Of a DNA stretch of 64,000 bases, positions 49,711-62,905 are shown piece after piece; the stretch's first letter is position 1, and each line of letters begins with the position of its first letter. The notes beneath the pieces were generated by a model that saw nothing but the letters and a program-made list of their open reading frames with translations, was not told the origin of the DNA and ran no database searches. Both the position numbers and the translations under genes were made by a program. Origin of the DNA: Podarcis melisellensis (lineage: Eukaryota); NCBI GenBank assembly GCA_964234715.1, contig OZ174275.1; one strand, given 5' to 3'.

Positions 49711-52700
49711 TCATTGTTGCATTTCCAAAACACACTTGGGCAGCCTTAGGTTAGTTTTTCTGCTCTTTGATATACACAGTGCCTAAAAGGAATTTGAGGG
49801 CTTAGTTCTTTTCCAGGAGGAGTTGCCTGCTATTTCCTTCTCACATTAAATCTGAAGCAATCTCTAAGCAAATAGCACAGAGATAAAAGACAGAAGAGGA
49901 AAAGAAAGGGGTGGGAAAACCACATACCAAATGGTGTCAAAGTGTAGCCTTGTTGCTAGATTCCTCTTGGCTCATTATGACATCCATGCCACATCTAGTA
50001 AAAATAAGAACAGCCCCTTGTTTGTTTGAATATGTTAGAATCAATTTAAATATATGATCACTTTTAGAACTTTTCAGTTCTTAGCCCCAGAGATCAGCTA
50101 GGCATAGGATCAGGAGCAGCAGAACCTCAACTGAGCAGTTTGGATGAAAACATGTGCAGAGAGCTATGATATGGTCCATTCTTGTATTTATTTACATTTG
50201 TTGACCTTGCTCTCCAGCCTCCCCACAAAGGCTCCTATTTCCTGGAGCTCCTACAGTGGCTGACAATGACTACTAATAAGATGGTCACTAGTGTCCGCAA
50301 GCCTACAATCTAAAAGGCATGATGCAAAAGGGAAATGGTTTGGTAGGGAGGCCCTAGTTCTTAGCTACAAAGTGTGCGTTCAATCTCCCTACATCTGATC
50401 TTTTTCTTGACACTGAATGAGGCCAAGTTGGCCTCCACTCTTGCTCTGACATTTGTCCTGGGAGGCAGGAGGTGCAGCTTCCCAGTGCACTTTGACTCCT
50501 GGCCAGTGACAGAGGCTGGAGTGTGCTGCTGTAGATAATGTTGGGTTCAAGGTGTGTTGAGCAAATATTTTGAACAATTCTAGGAAGCCTGGATTTTCCT
50601 TCAATTTATTGGCTGGCTAACAGCCGGTAACAATTTCCACTGAAAGAAGCATGCATGTATCTGCTTTTTTTTGAGGTATGGTACCTCCCAGGACTCTTTC
50701 TTCCTCCAGTTAAAAATAGCAATGCATCAGTTGTGGCTACGGCTGAGGAATATTTAAAAGAGGAGAGGGAATAAATGCATCCCCCCCCTTTATAAAACTG
50801 TCACAAAAAAATCCCCAAACTACTTTTTCAACTTCAGAATCTACTTGGGAGTGGAAGACATACAGTACTTGCAAACACATATATCTCACAACAATTCCAC
50901 CAGAGGGCAAGCAGACTTGTGTGAAATACATTTTCTTGTGATTTTAAAATTGGAGGGTTTTAAAAAAAACCAAAAACCAAGCAAAGGACAAAACAGAACC
51001 TAGTCAGCCTTCATTTCAAGGCTGTGGTTTGCTGAATTTAAAATGCAATGCATTTAGAGTTGGGGCAATTTGACTAGTTACAAGTGACTGGTGGAATTAG
51101 AACTCGCTCCATGCTAGCGGCCAGCACATTCTGAACATCCCCGTGTGAGGCAGTTTGGGCTAACTCTAGGGAACATAATTCACAAATCTCTCTTATCACC
51201 AATTTCTGATAACAAGACCCAGCACAATCGAGCTGAGCATAACCCAGAGGACATGGTCCATCTAGGGTTAGCACTTTTTCACTTTGCACCAAACTGACTC
51301 ATGTGGAAGTTCATCACTGACATTGTGCTCCAGGTGCAGGGCATCCATGTGATTGCAATGGTCTTTGATTCCAACAACAGTATTATGAGTGAGCAAAGAT
51401 TTAATTCTAATTCTGTTGCTCCAAAAATGGTTATCTTCCAATTTGGATGACATAAAATGGCTGCTGACACTTTGCATGCCTTGCATAAGTTGTTGGTTTT
51501 TTTAAAAAATAACCCGTCTTTGAATAAAATATATTTTAAAAATAGAGATAGAATCTAATAGGATCTGGCTCAGGCACAAGGGGGCCAGGAGGCCATTTAT
51601 TCTGTTGGGCCTAGGCCTGCCTTTGCCTCTAGTGATGCAATGTGGTTCCAGCAGAGACACACTAGGTTTGTACAGATTCCTTTATGGAAGCAAGTGACTC
51701 ACACACCAGATACTGCTACTACAGCTTAAAAGCAAGAGCATAGAATTGGGCTGTTAGATTCAGAATGATGCGAAGTACGGCGATACGTGTAAGGTGTTAC
51801 CTAGGAATGCAGGAAAAAAAAAATCACAGTCAAGTTAATAAGATGTTAAAAGTGAGACAAAAACAGACATGGAGAGAGGAATAAGGTATTCATCTGGAAT
51901 CATGTGCAAGGTAGATGAAAACAAGAAAATGGATATGAAAATTAAATCATAGCTCATGATGCTGTGGACGTGTGAGAAAAACAGCAACTTTGAGGACTAG
52001 CCTGACTGTTTTGATAAAAAAAGAGAGACAGGGCAACAAAAGAGGGTTCAATACACTCTAAGAGCATCAAAGGCAGCCAGCAAAGCTGATGGAAAAATGA
52101 AATGGTGGCCTTTGGAGGAAGGTGCAGCAGGATGCCTTATTTGGTGCAAGGATGCTGGATTCTGTGAAGCATTGATGTCTGGTTTTAATATGCACCTGGT
52201 GTGCAGCGGCAGGGCTGCAAATGCTTCAGATCCAACTTGAAGAACAGAGCATTACTACTTGTTTTCCACAAAATCCCAAGCAACCATGTATTAAATCCAT
52301 TATTTTTAAAAAACTAATTGGTTTTGTATGATGGTCTGACGAACCTTTTGCCCAAATTAGGTGATTTTTTGTGCCTGCAAGGAGCTGAGGCTAAAACAGG
52401 GAAGGCTTTCTGAGAAGTGAGGGAGGGAGGAGGAAGAGCAGAAAAAGCCATGGACTGATTAAATGTATGTTTCCAGAGGATATGTTAATGGGAAACACAA
52501 GCAGTCAATCCACAACATCTTTCTGGATGCTCCATCCTTTGCTCTCAGTTGCATAGCTTATCTATGCAGTCATAGAATGAAGCAGGAAATTGGGCTGCCA
52601 AGGCTCAGAAGCTTCAGGACTGTGGAGGTGGAAATGGAAGTTTAATTTTTGACAGAAAAACAGGAACATAGGAAGCTGCATACAGCTATATGCATGGAAG

Positions 52701-52878
52701 TTCCCTCCCTTCAGACATTTGCATGATAGCTGTGGGGCTACTCAACACATGTGCGTAGCATTGTGGGCAGGGATAGTCAGCATAGCCTTGCTCCCCTTTC
52801 AGACAATGCTCAACAATGCATTATTTCTGTATAACATGAGTTCTTTGGGTGGCTCACGGTAATAAAATGAAATGCAAC

Positions 52879-52945
52879 ATTCTGAAATTAAATTGAAAAT
52901 AAAATGTAACATTCTGAAATTAAATTGTATTCTGAAATTAAATTG
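52879..52945. repeat. Three copies of the 17-mer ATTCTGAAATTAAATTG
   Basis: Copies at 52879, 52911 and 52929. Confidence 0.9.
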
Positions 52946-53712
52946 CTCCCCTCCCCTAGGAGAAAAATAAAAACAAAATAAGGAAAACATTTGCAGAGGT
53001 CTTTAGTCAGTGTTCTGAAGCTCTCCAGCCTGCCTAGCTTCACCACAGGATTGCACTATCAAAGCTACAAAATCAGTATTTTTAAATTCATTATGGAAGG
53101 CATCAGAGGAGGCTGAGCAATGATGACGGAGCTCTAGCATCATCGTTAGAATCTAGTATTGGGGCTGTTAAGCCAAGTGCTAAAAACAATGTAATTTCCA
53201 AAGTACAGAATTATTTCCAGTTCCTAAGCAATGTCATAATGTACAGGGAGCAGTGCTTTCATTTACCAAGAATACATATGGGCAGTGGGTTGGATTATTA
53301 AAGTGATCCCTGCTTCTACTTTGTACCGAAAGGGGCTCTCCCTTTGTAATATTAACTCTAATGTCATGTTCCTAAGAGATTGGGGTCTTAGTTGGCTACA
53401 TGGATAAAACAGGATCCCTCCTTTAGAAGTTATTCCTTGACATGTGAGAGGCTGAAAGCAGCCATGCCACCATGGGGCAGAGCTAAATGTGTGGTCCCCT
53501 CATTCCCTTTGCATCCATGTTATCCCTTGGGCATAAGTAGCACATAAATATGACCATGACGTGCTTCTCCAGCAGATGCAACATCTTGTGCTCACTTGGG
53601 ACTGTGCTAGAGCAAGACAGAACAACTGGTTTTCAAAAAGTCAGATTAGTGCCTACTATCTACAAGCTAAGTTAAACAGAGCCTTTGAAAGAACTGAATA
53701 TATTGTAGCCCA

Positions 53713-53850
53713 CAGGTCAGGGGTAGAAGAGGGCCCCCAGATGTTGGTGGGCTCCAACTTCCATCAGCCTTAGTCACCATGGACAACGGTCAAGGATTAT
53801 GTGAGTTTTAATTCAATAGTATCTGCAGGGTACTATATTGGCTGCCCCGG
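53713..53850. mobile_element. Small hAT-type MITE (18885 family), degraded
   Basis: CCAGATGTTGGTGGGCTCCAACTTCCATCA core. Confidence 0.6.
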
Positions 53851-55668
53851 TTATAAGTTACCAGGAAGCCCCTGTCCCCCGTCCCCCACCCAAGGATGTC
53901 AAATCATTCCTCTCTCAAGAGTTATTTAAGTGATGCCATCTAGCTTCTCTTAGCTGAGACTTTGTGGGCTTGTCTCATGCACGATAAAGACTGGGCACAG
54001 CCCAACACAAAGTCCGACTTCAATGGGTTTATTAAGCAAACTTATTGAAACCAATTACTTTAAACTCATTTTGGTTTGTGGCTATTGTATGACACCATGA
54101 CAGCTTAGTATATCAGTGGTCCAGGATGATGAAAATATAGATGCTTCTTTAACTAACTCACCTGGGGATCAAAAATGCTAAACTACAATCTTTGGCTATC
54201 TTTGTGCATATTGCTTGCCAGTAGCATGTGTTGTTAGAGGAAAGCACTATGCAGGTGAAACAGAGGCTCACCTGCCAGGCACCATATGTTTTCCTACACT
54301 CAAACCCAAGGGCTTTGTAGTGAATTGAGGCAGATGCTTATCTAACTTTCCACACTCTTCCGAAAAAGAATGTGTGCACACCTTCAAGAGCTCTAGATTG
54401 CGAAGGAAGCTATCATTTCCCCCAGACATTTATTAACAATCAAGGGTTTCTAGTTATGCTCCATGTCTGTTTTCACACCAGCTACCTGATGCTCTATGAA
54501 GCTATTTTTAAAGCTGACAATCTAGGATTCCCTTTGCACATACCAACTTTGCGACACTTGAGACTCAGTGAATTGTAAACTTTCACAACAGATTTATATG
54601 CTATAGGTTTTAATACCTGCTTGGTGCTTCACGTATATTAAAGAGGACAGTCTTTAGCTGCATTTGACAGAAATTATTCCAGACATGGCCTATTTTTTCA
54701 TGTGCTAGTCTACTGTACATGATAATTATTGCTTGGCATTTTAAAATGGATTTTTCTTTCTGAATCTGCTTTAGCGTCTCTCAAAATAACATGTAATATT
54801 TTAGCATGATGAACAATTGGTTACACTTTCTCTGTGAATTGGCACATGTAGTATTTTTTTGTTTTCACTTATACAGTCTATGGTCAGTTCTGAAATATAT
54901 TCATAGTGGATTTCTCTGAGCACATGCTCATTGAACAGCCAAGGTATATGTTCAACAATATCACTGAGCAAAGTCCTTGCAGGACTCTTTCGTTTCAATG
55001 ACAGGTTTTTTATTTGATCACCCCCCCCCCAATAAATAAGATTTATTAATTATAGAAAGCATTACTTCAAGGAAAGAGGCAGATTAGACCTTCTGTCCCT
55101 GGTATGCTAATTTTTAATGTGTGCTGAATATTTAAAGGGGTGCCAGGATACAGATATATGACACCCCCACACCCCCAAAGCTTAAAGTTTTCTAGTGAAT
55201 TTGTAGAGAAACCAACGTTTGCAGATTTCAGTGCCAGCTGCTGGATTTTATTTTATAATAAGGCTGCAGTCCCATTGAACTAGTGAATATGCATAGGATT
55301 GTACTATAAACTGATTATATAGGACAGAATTCAGTCTCCGCCAGGTGCAGTTCTTACACATGGAGCAATTGCCACTGGACTCAATGGACCCTTGTTTACT
55401 CTCCCACCCAATCACTGCATGAAAACAGTACATCAGGAGGTTTATTTGTGCCTCCCTCAGCAGGCATCCAACCCTATGTCTCTGCTTGAGACAAATCACT
55501 AAACTCACTTGTATCCAGATGGGATGGAGAGTTTGTAAAGGGCCTTTACTAAGGGTCCAGAGTGCTGCTTGTATGCGCAGCTGTGTTGGAGCAGGAGAGG
55601 GGGAAAGAGGTGGAAACTAACTGAGCCCTGTAGCAACCCCTCTTTGGAATGTGCCTGTCAATTACAGG

Positions 55669-55926
55669 CAGTGGCGAAGCTACCTGCTCCGGCACCGGGG
55701 GCGGCGTACACCTGGGGTGTGGCTGGTGTGCATCCCAGGGGGCGTGGCGTGTGCAGGGGGCATGGCAAGCGGTGCATGTCCCGGGTCATGCGTGGCGAGC
55801 GGTGAGCATCCCAAGAATGCGCGGCGAATGGTGAGCGTACTGGGGACGGGGCGGCTGTGATGTCACACACATCCCGGGTGGCACCCGGGGCGGACTGCCC
55901 CCCGCCCCCACCTTCGTCCGCCAGTG
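55669..55926. mobile_element. GC/CpG-rich hAT-type MITE, related to the 23415 element
   Basis: Termini CAGTGGCGAAG / TCCGCCAGTG; perfect TSD ATTACAGG. Confidence 0.9.
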
Positions 55927-56373
55927 ATTACAGGCACCATTAATTTCACATGTGTAAGAATCAACAGAACATAAAAAAGACAAGCAGATTTATGTTAAAT
56001 ATATGGTTTCACTGGGTGGGTGTGTTCCTGTGGCTACAGAAATTGGGCACATTAGAACTTTCTGTTTTGTATGTTAGGTGAATGGATTTCTGCAATCAGA
56101 ACTCAAAGGTGACTGGCTGGCTAGCAAGACAAATAATTGTTATTACATTTTCAGATTATACATTTCAAAATAAACATCTTTCATTATAACCATACATTCA
56201 ATGACTTCCCTTCCCCCCCTTCCAAGTTTATTTTAATTTACCCACCATTCCTATATATGGATATATATTGTATATCCATCTAATTCAGTTCTCCAATCTT
56301 ACATCCCTTTGCAATATAATACACTGTTGAATTTACCTTAATACTGTGAACATTTTCAACTGTGTACAATTAT

Positions 56374-56502
56374 AGATAGGTAGCCCTGTTGGTCCGCCAT
56401 AGTCAAAGTGTATCTGAAGAAGTGTGCATGCACACGAAAGCTCATACCAAGAACTAACTTAGGTGGTCTTTAAGGTGCTACTGGAAGGAATTTTTTTTGT
56501 TT
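56374..56502 (+). mobile_element. Short Penelope-like unit with 5' inversion and hammerhead ribozyme
   Basis: 13-bp TSD TGTGTACAATTAT; 56374-56407 is inverted relative to the rest. Confidence 0.85.
56410..56447 (+). ncRNA. Minimal type I hammerhead ribozyme motif
   Basis: GTAT-CTGAAGA-A-GTGTGCATGCACAC-GAAA-GCTC-ATAC. Confidence 0.83.
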
Positions 56503-56944
56503 TGTGTACAATTATTTTATACATACTCAGCAAAAATTTCCCACTCCTCTCTGAATACTTGTTCTTCTTGCTCTGTTATTTTACTTGTTAGACCTGCAAA
56601 CTCTGCATATTCTATCATCTTAAGTTGCCAGTCCTCCTTACTAGGAACCTCCCTCACCTTCCACTTTTGGGCTAACAAGATCTGAGCCGCCATTGTTGCA
56701 TACATAGATAAGTTTTTCTGAGACCTGGTTACCTCTGTCTGCACCATTCCTAACAGGAATGCCAGTGAGTTTCTTGGGGGTGTGTGTGTGTTGTTTTAAA
56801 CATTTTTTTTTCCATTTCATGATATATCATTTCCCAATATTCTTTAACTATTTTTCATGCCCACCACATATGAAAAAATGTTCCTTCTATTTCTTTACCT
56901 TTCCAACACAAATCCGATTCCGATTTATCCATTTTAGCTTAAAG

Positions 56945-57080
56945 AAGGCTTTCTCAACCTGATGCCCTCCCAATGTTTTGGACTATAAATTCCATCAATC
57001 CCAGCCAGCATGGCCAACATTCTGGGATGATGGAAGTTGCAGTTCAAAACACTAGGAGGGCACTAGGTTAGAGAAGCTTG
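56945..57080. mobile_element. Small palindromic hAT-type MITE
   Basis: TCTCAACCTGATGCCCTCC...GGAGGGCACTAGGTTAGAGA inverted arms. Confidence 0.7.
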
Positions 57081-57196
57081 GCCAAGAGTCAAGAGCCACA
57101 TTCATGTGACATAACGTGTACAGGAAACCTGTGTGTGTGTGTGTGTGGAGGAGATGAGGATCATACCTGTTGGCCCTACTCCTAACTTCCATGTAG

Positions 57197-57449
57197 AAGA
57201 AGAAGAAGAAGAATTTGGATTTGATATCCCGCTTCATCACTACCCTAAGGAGTCTCAAAGCGGCTAACATTCTCCTTTCCCTTCCTCCCCCACAACAAGC
57301 ACTCTGTGAGGTGAGTGGGGCTGAGAGCCTTCAGATAGGTGTGACTGGCCCAAGGTCACCCAGCAGCTGCATGTGGAGGAGCGGGGAATCGAACCCAGTT
57401 TCCCAGATTATGAGTCTACCGCTCTTAACCACTACACCACACTGGCTGT
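57197..57449 (-). mobile_element. Squam3-like SINE
   Basis: Reverse complement of the 22418 family; (GAA)n tail on + strand; possible TSD ATGTAG. Confidence 0.85.
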
Positions 57450-58912
57450 ATGTAGTTAAAGGTCTGACAGAAGCCTACACACACAGAGCTGAATGTGTAT
57501 AGGCTCTGTACATGTGACTGAGCATCTTCCAAGGTTCCTGATTGCATGGAGAGAGTCAATATGCTTAGAGCTGCATATGTCTAGGTTCCATTCAGACTTT
57601 TCACAGAGTATGCTGAGAGCAGAGGCAGGGTTGGTGGGCTCCATCCTGCCCTTCCTACATGTGTTGTTTGTATCCCTCTGTTGCAGAAACAGGGTTGCCC
57701 ATCTCTTTCTGTGCCATTTTGTCTCTTTCTCTCTAACGCAGGTGTAGCTAAAAATAACTCAAAAAGCATAGTGATTTACGGTTGAATATCATTGCAGTCT
57801 TGAAAAGTAAACAATAGGGATAAGAGAGAAAACAAAAGCTAGGAGCATAATCCTTTAAAGAAATCAATAACTTGCTCTCCACAAAGACAGGCTTTCGACC
57901 ATAATACCCTCATGGCACTATTTTAAGTACTCCATGCTCCACTCACTTGTTTGCTCACTCAAGTCATTTTGTGTTGATTAAATTTCTATCACTGCTACAG
58001 TGGAGCAATAGAGTGTCATTTTTCAAAGGAAGTATGTGATGGAATGGAGCTTAAGTAATGTGTGTGACCAGCTACAAAAGGGGGGGGGGAGCAGAGGGGA
58101 CGGCTGGGCAAATATCTACTTGAATTCCTGCTGTAGTGAACCATGTATAGGCAAACCTGGTAACTAGCCTTGAAAACAGAGCAAAAGAAAAAAAGAATGT
58201 ATTGTACAGTCTGCCCAAAACTGACAATTCATGTCGCTCATATTGAAAATGGCCTATCGCTCAGACTGGTACTGCTGTCTGTCTTTTTGAAGGTTCAAGA
58301 TTATGGATCAATGGTGAAGCAAAAAGTTATTACTGTTGTGAAGCACATCAGAAGTCAAATTCTTCTCTACCCTGGAAAAGTGGAGGGCAGCAGGGGAAGA
58401 ACTTTCTGCTATGCTGGTGGAATAAAGTTGAGCTGGAACCAGCCACATGCAAACAAGAAATACTGTAATTTAAAGCTATCTACATGTCTAGTATTACAGT
58501 GGTGCTTAGCTTTTAGTGGGGTGGTGGGAAGGGCTTGTGTTTATTAATTTGTTACTAGATGAACATTTTATGTATTTTGTATTGTTCTGTTTAAAAAGGA
58601 AAAATCTGGTTTTAAATTGCTTTTATTTGTTGCTTTCTATCTTGTCAAGTCACATTTGTTTTGTACAAATTGACTGGGCAATGTTAACAATAAGGACAAT
58701 ATTTTCTTCAGGAGTCTGGTAAAGACGTGCAGCCAAGAATATCACATATCTAAGACAGGAATGTGTTACTTAACACCCCCACACAAATATTATCTCCTCT
58801 CTTTTATCCCTGATCCAACTTTCTTCCCCTTCCTCTGTTGCCTCCCTTGTGTTTAATTCCAGTTCGCAAGCCCATTGACAGGCACCTGTCCTTTTCTTCA
58901 CCGTGAAGCTGC

Positions 58913-59035
58913 TTCACCCAATCTGGGGCTCTTCAGATGTTGGTGGACTAGAGCTCCCATCATTCCTGACTGGTTTGGGCTGAGAGAAGTTGGTGTACAA
59001 CCACATCCAGAGGGACACAGGTTCCTCATCGCTGC
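58913..59035. mobile_element. Small hAT-type MITE (18885 family), degraded
   Basis: CAGATGTTGGTGGACTAGAGCTCCCATCAT...CACAGGTTCCTCATCGCTG. Confidence 0.6.
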
Positions 59036-62000
59036 CATACATAGAAAACATGCACTCCACTGCTGAGCTGGGAAAAGAAATGTGTGAAGGATACCTTTTT
59101 ATTCATGCTAGAGATTTTATCTGTCTCTCTCTGACACTACCTATTTCCGAGTCACATAACTGGCATGTACGGTATTCTGCAGATGTATCAACAGAGAGAA
59201 AGAGAATAATCCATGTCGCCTGGTATTAATCTCTTGCAACTATAGACACTGTGATTGAGTCAAAGCTATCACTTGCCATTTCAATTCTGAATCTGTCACT
59301 CTCAGAAAGATGTTTCTGGAACTTTCTTTTCAGGAGGGATGCCTATGATCCGGGCTGGGTGGGCAGGCATGGTTCTATGCTTTGTAGGTCCTCAACAGGG
59401 CACTGGTTCATAATGTCTCCCCTGGCCAAAAACTATTCTTTCGGAGTTATGAGTGAAAGAAGAAGCTCTAAAGTCACCATTGATAAATAGGGAATGCTGC
59501 TCTCCTTTCCCCCTCTTCTCCCACTGAGAGCTGGCCATGTAGACTTGCTCTGGGTTCCCCATTTACTGAAATGATACCACCAAACAGAAATGACTACTGA
59601 GGCTTTCTGCTTTGTAGAACATCTTGACTATGGGGGTCTGAAGATTTCTTCTACTGTCAGGTGAAAAGCTCCTTTTTATTTTCAACTCCTCTCCACTGGC
59701 TTACTGCAGGGGTGAGGAACTTCAGGCTGGGAGGCCACATGTGGTCCTCCAGGCCTCTCTATCAGGCCCCAACAGGAATTGCCAAAGCCTCTTCCAGTCA
59801 GAGCCAGGTTAGGCAGTTCAGGACCCTGGGCAGCTCCCAAGGAGTCCTAATGACTGAGCTTTGGAAGACAGAGCTTTGATCAGAAAATGATCAAATTTTT
59901 CTGAAGGTTTAAGAAGGTAGCTCGAGTCTTCCCTTCCAGCAGTTCTGCCCCACTGAAACAGCTGTCTGCACTTCTTGAAGGTTCCATAGCTGAGCATTCG
60001 CCTGTGGAGAAGGAGAAGCTATTGGGGGGGGGGCATCTCAGATGGTGATAATAGAACGAGGTCCTCAGGCCAGAATGAGGTACAAGGAAGTGCTGAGGGC
60101 TCTCCTGTGGCCTGTGAGTCATCTGAATATGATGACATTGGACCTGGATGCTGGAAATAAGGATGAACATGAGCCACAATACCTCAGTGGTGAATGAAGC
60201 CCGAATGGTACTCCATTTTCAAAAACAAAACAAAAAATAAAATTTTAAAAATGGTGTTCTTGGTTTGGGTATTATGCAGATTCCCTCTTGGCCAACATGA
60301 AGCTTTGTGTGAGGCTCTGCCATCATACGACAAAGCGGTCAAGGCCTATGACCATTTCAGTCTGGAGAAATCTGAAAGAGCATCACTTGAGCACTTCATT
60401 CAACATCACACTTCACTTTAGTGACTTTTCAAGGAATGAGTTTATGAAACTGACTGTAGGATTTCACCCTTACTGTGAAATCCTTTTCCCTTTTGTGACA
60501 CCAACTGGTCTTGAAATGCTGCGAAACTGCTGACAGAAGAGATACCAGAGAACAGTTTTTAAAGTTGCCAAGGGTTTGTGTGTGTGTGTCCAGAGGTGTT
60601 ATTTTTAGCCTTCCAAACAACTAGAGGTCATGTAGCACTCAGGGAAAAAAATTAGAGAAGACACAGAAGATTTAGTGGTGTTTGAGGAAGTCTCCAGAAT
60701 GAAAGGTAACATATTTTGGAGTGGGCTGGAGGGGACAGAGCCTGATGGATGGGATGTCAGCCCAGTGGTCATCAGAAGGGGAGAGGGTGCAATCTGCCCT
60801 ACTGGGAGATATGAATGGAATGAGAAAGATAAATGAAGCACAATGCAGCTACAGCAAGCTGTGACTCCAACTTCAGATGTGCCGTAGTAGTGCACAGTCT
60901 CATAGATCCCACTGAGTTTTACATTAAAATGAAGTGACAAAATCATCAGGAGAGAAATGAGAATGACCAGCAGAACCCGGAGGAGGAAGAGTTTGAGAAG
61001 GGAGTCAAACCTACTAAAGACCTGCCTGGGGTTAGTGCTACTGGACTGCAAATTATGAATAGATACACAGAGAATGGCCTGAGAGTCCAGAGGGAAAGCG
61101 TGAGCAAGAAATAAATATGTTTACAGTGTCCACTGTGACTCTCACAATGTAAAGTATACAATGAAGGTGTAATTAAAGAAGCTGCAATTTGAAACTGGCA
61201 AAAAAAAAAACCTTAATTAGCCTTTGATGTCTTCATTGTCAGCATCTCCAAAGGTCTCATGGACCAATGCAATTCAAGATTATGAATGTTTTCAGCCATT
61301 GCAAAACATGAATGCAATCATGAAATCTAATTTTGGTCAGTTCTTTTGTTGAATTTAGAATTCTTTTCTGCAAGAAATCCACATAGGAGCAGGTTAGTTA
61401 CTAAAATCAAGACTATTATGCATACAGATAGAAGGGACATTTCAGAACTTAATCAGTGGAATATTAGGCATGACTAGTTTGAAATTACTCATTAGTACCA
61501 CAAGGTCCTCAGTTGTTTCTCTTGCTTTTGGACTTCTTCCAAACCACTGGCTGACAGGGAGAATAGAATGCTGGATTAGATGGGCCATTTTATTGTGCTT
61601 TTAATTCTGTTGGGAGCAGCAGAATTATTATTAGCCTGAACCAGCAGGGATCTTCTGATGCTCTTATGCATTCACTTTGCGTTTTTTAAGTTGGCTTTTT
61701 ATGCTTTGATTTTGGAAGCCCTGAAATATTACAGTAAAATATTGGGGAAACAATGATGCAGATTGTTGTGATGAGCAACACTGAAGCAAAGTGGATGCTG
61801 TCTGTCTTGGAAAGAATGAGAAAAACATTATGGAAAGTGTAGAGTTGGGAGGGGTTCTTGTTTTTGACCATCACTTCTTTCCACAGCAACTTTTCTTCTT
61901 ACATTTTCACTTATAGGCATCATGGTTTAGTGCCACAACACTCATATCTAGCAGAGTCAATAGAATCGCTGCTTCTCTAAAGACTGGTAACAGATCATAG

Positions 62001-62052
62001 CTCATGATACCAGCAAACATATGTCCCAATTCAGGGAAAATGAAGTGCACCT

Positions 62053-62142
62053 AGGGCTACATTTCTATACCCACTTACTTGGAAGTAAGTCCCATTGAAT
62101 TTAATGGAACTTAATTCTGGGTTGACATGTATAGAATGGTAC
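62053..62142. mobile_element. Short palindromic interspersed repeat (MITE-like)
   Basis: AAGTAAGTCCCATTGAATTTAATGGAACTTA hairpin core; related remnants near 21925 and 55263. Confidence 0.5.
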
Positions 62143-62804
62143 TGTAAGCCAGACGGAAAGCAGTGGGACAGGTTATCAGGTACATTTCATGTAACAATAG
62201 AAAATGAAAATATAACTTAAATGATTTTCTGATGTCCCCAATCTGTTCATTTCCCATATAAGACAAATGTCTGAAGTTACTCAATTGAATCATGCACTCA
62301 CTATTCATTTAGAATGATGATACCTTGAGTTATTGATCTTTGTGCTTGCAAGTACATAAGGAATGCACTGGAACATATGAAGCTGCCCTTTGTCATTGCT
62401 CCAACCAGCCCAATCCTGTCTCTGTTGCTTTCAAGGGTTTCAAAGACTTCTGCTGTAGTCTGGAAACCATAATGCACTGTGCCAATAGCATCCTGAACAG
62501 TAATGATAGGAAAATATAAGGCATAATCTGAGTGATGAAGGAGAGAGGAGATGCAAACATTCTTACTTAGACAAAGGGCAATGAGTATCAGTTCTGACAG
62601 CCTAGATGAATGGGAGAATGCAGAAGGCGATCAATAATCAGCATGGCTATGGTTGGTTTAGATACACAATGAGTAACAGTGCAAAGAGCACAGCAAAGCA
62701 GACCCCGATGGCCACAGAGGAAGTCACTGGCAGAGTGGGAAAGGTAACAAAAAGCAAACTTTGAGTTTCTGGTCCATGGTCTCTGATATAACTCCTTGCC
62801 AAGG

Positions 62805-62905
62805 GTGCAAGGGAGCCTAGGTACGCCTCTGCCTGAGAAGGAGAATGCTAAGCAATTGTCTCCCCTTTCTGCTATGACTAGGACAAGAGGCAATGGTTTT
62901 AAAAC
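62805..62905 (+). mobile_element. CR1 ORF2 3' remnant
   Basis: LG..CL.RR.L and RTRGNGFK motifs. Confidence 0.5.

Larger units (their letters stand above)
56135..56940 (-). mobile_element. L1/Tx1-clade LINE 3' fragment, interrupted by a Penelope-like unit
   Basis: CWKGKEIEGTFFHMWW and YATMAAQILLAQKWK...PSKEDWQLKM, homologous to the 45724 element. Confidence 0.85.

Noticed and set aside
51074-51486. Overlapping minus-strand ORFs suggesting a pseudogene
   Set aside because: No recognisable homology
59880-61051. Several 75-148 aa ORFs, one possibly frameshifted at a G10 run
   Set aside because: No domain recognised; may be degraded LTR-like sequence, but no termini or TSD could be defined
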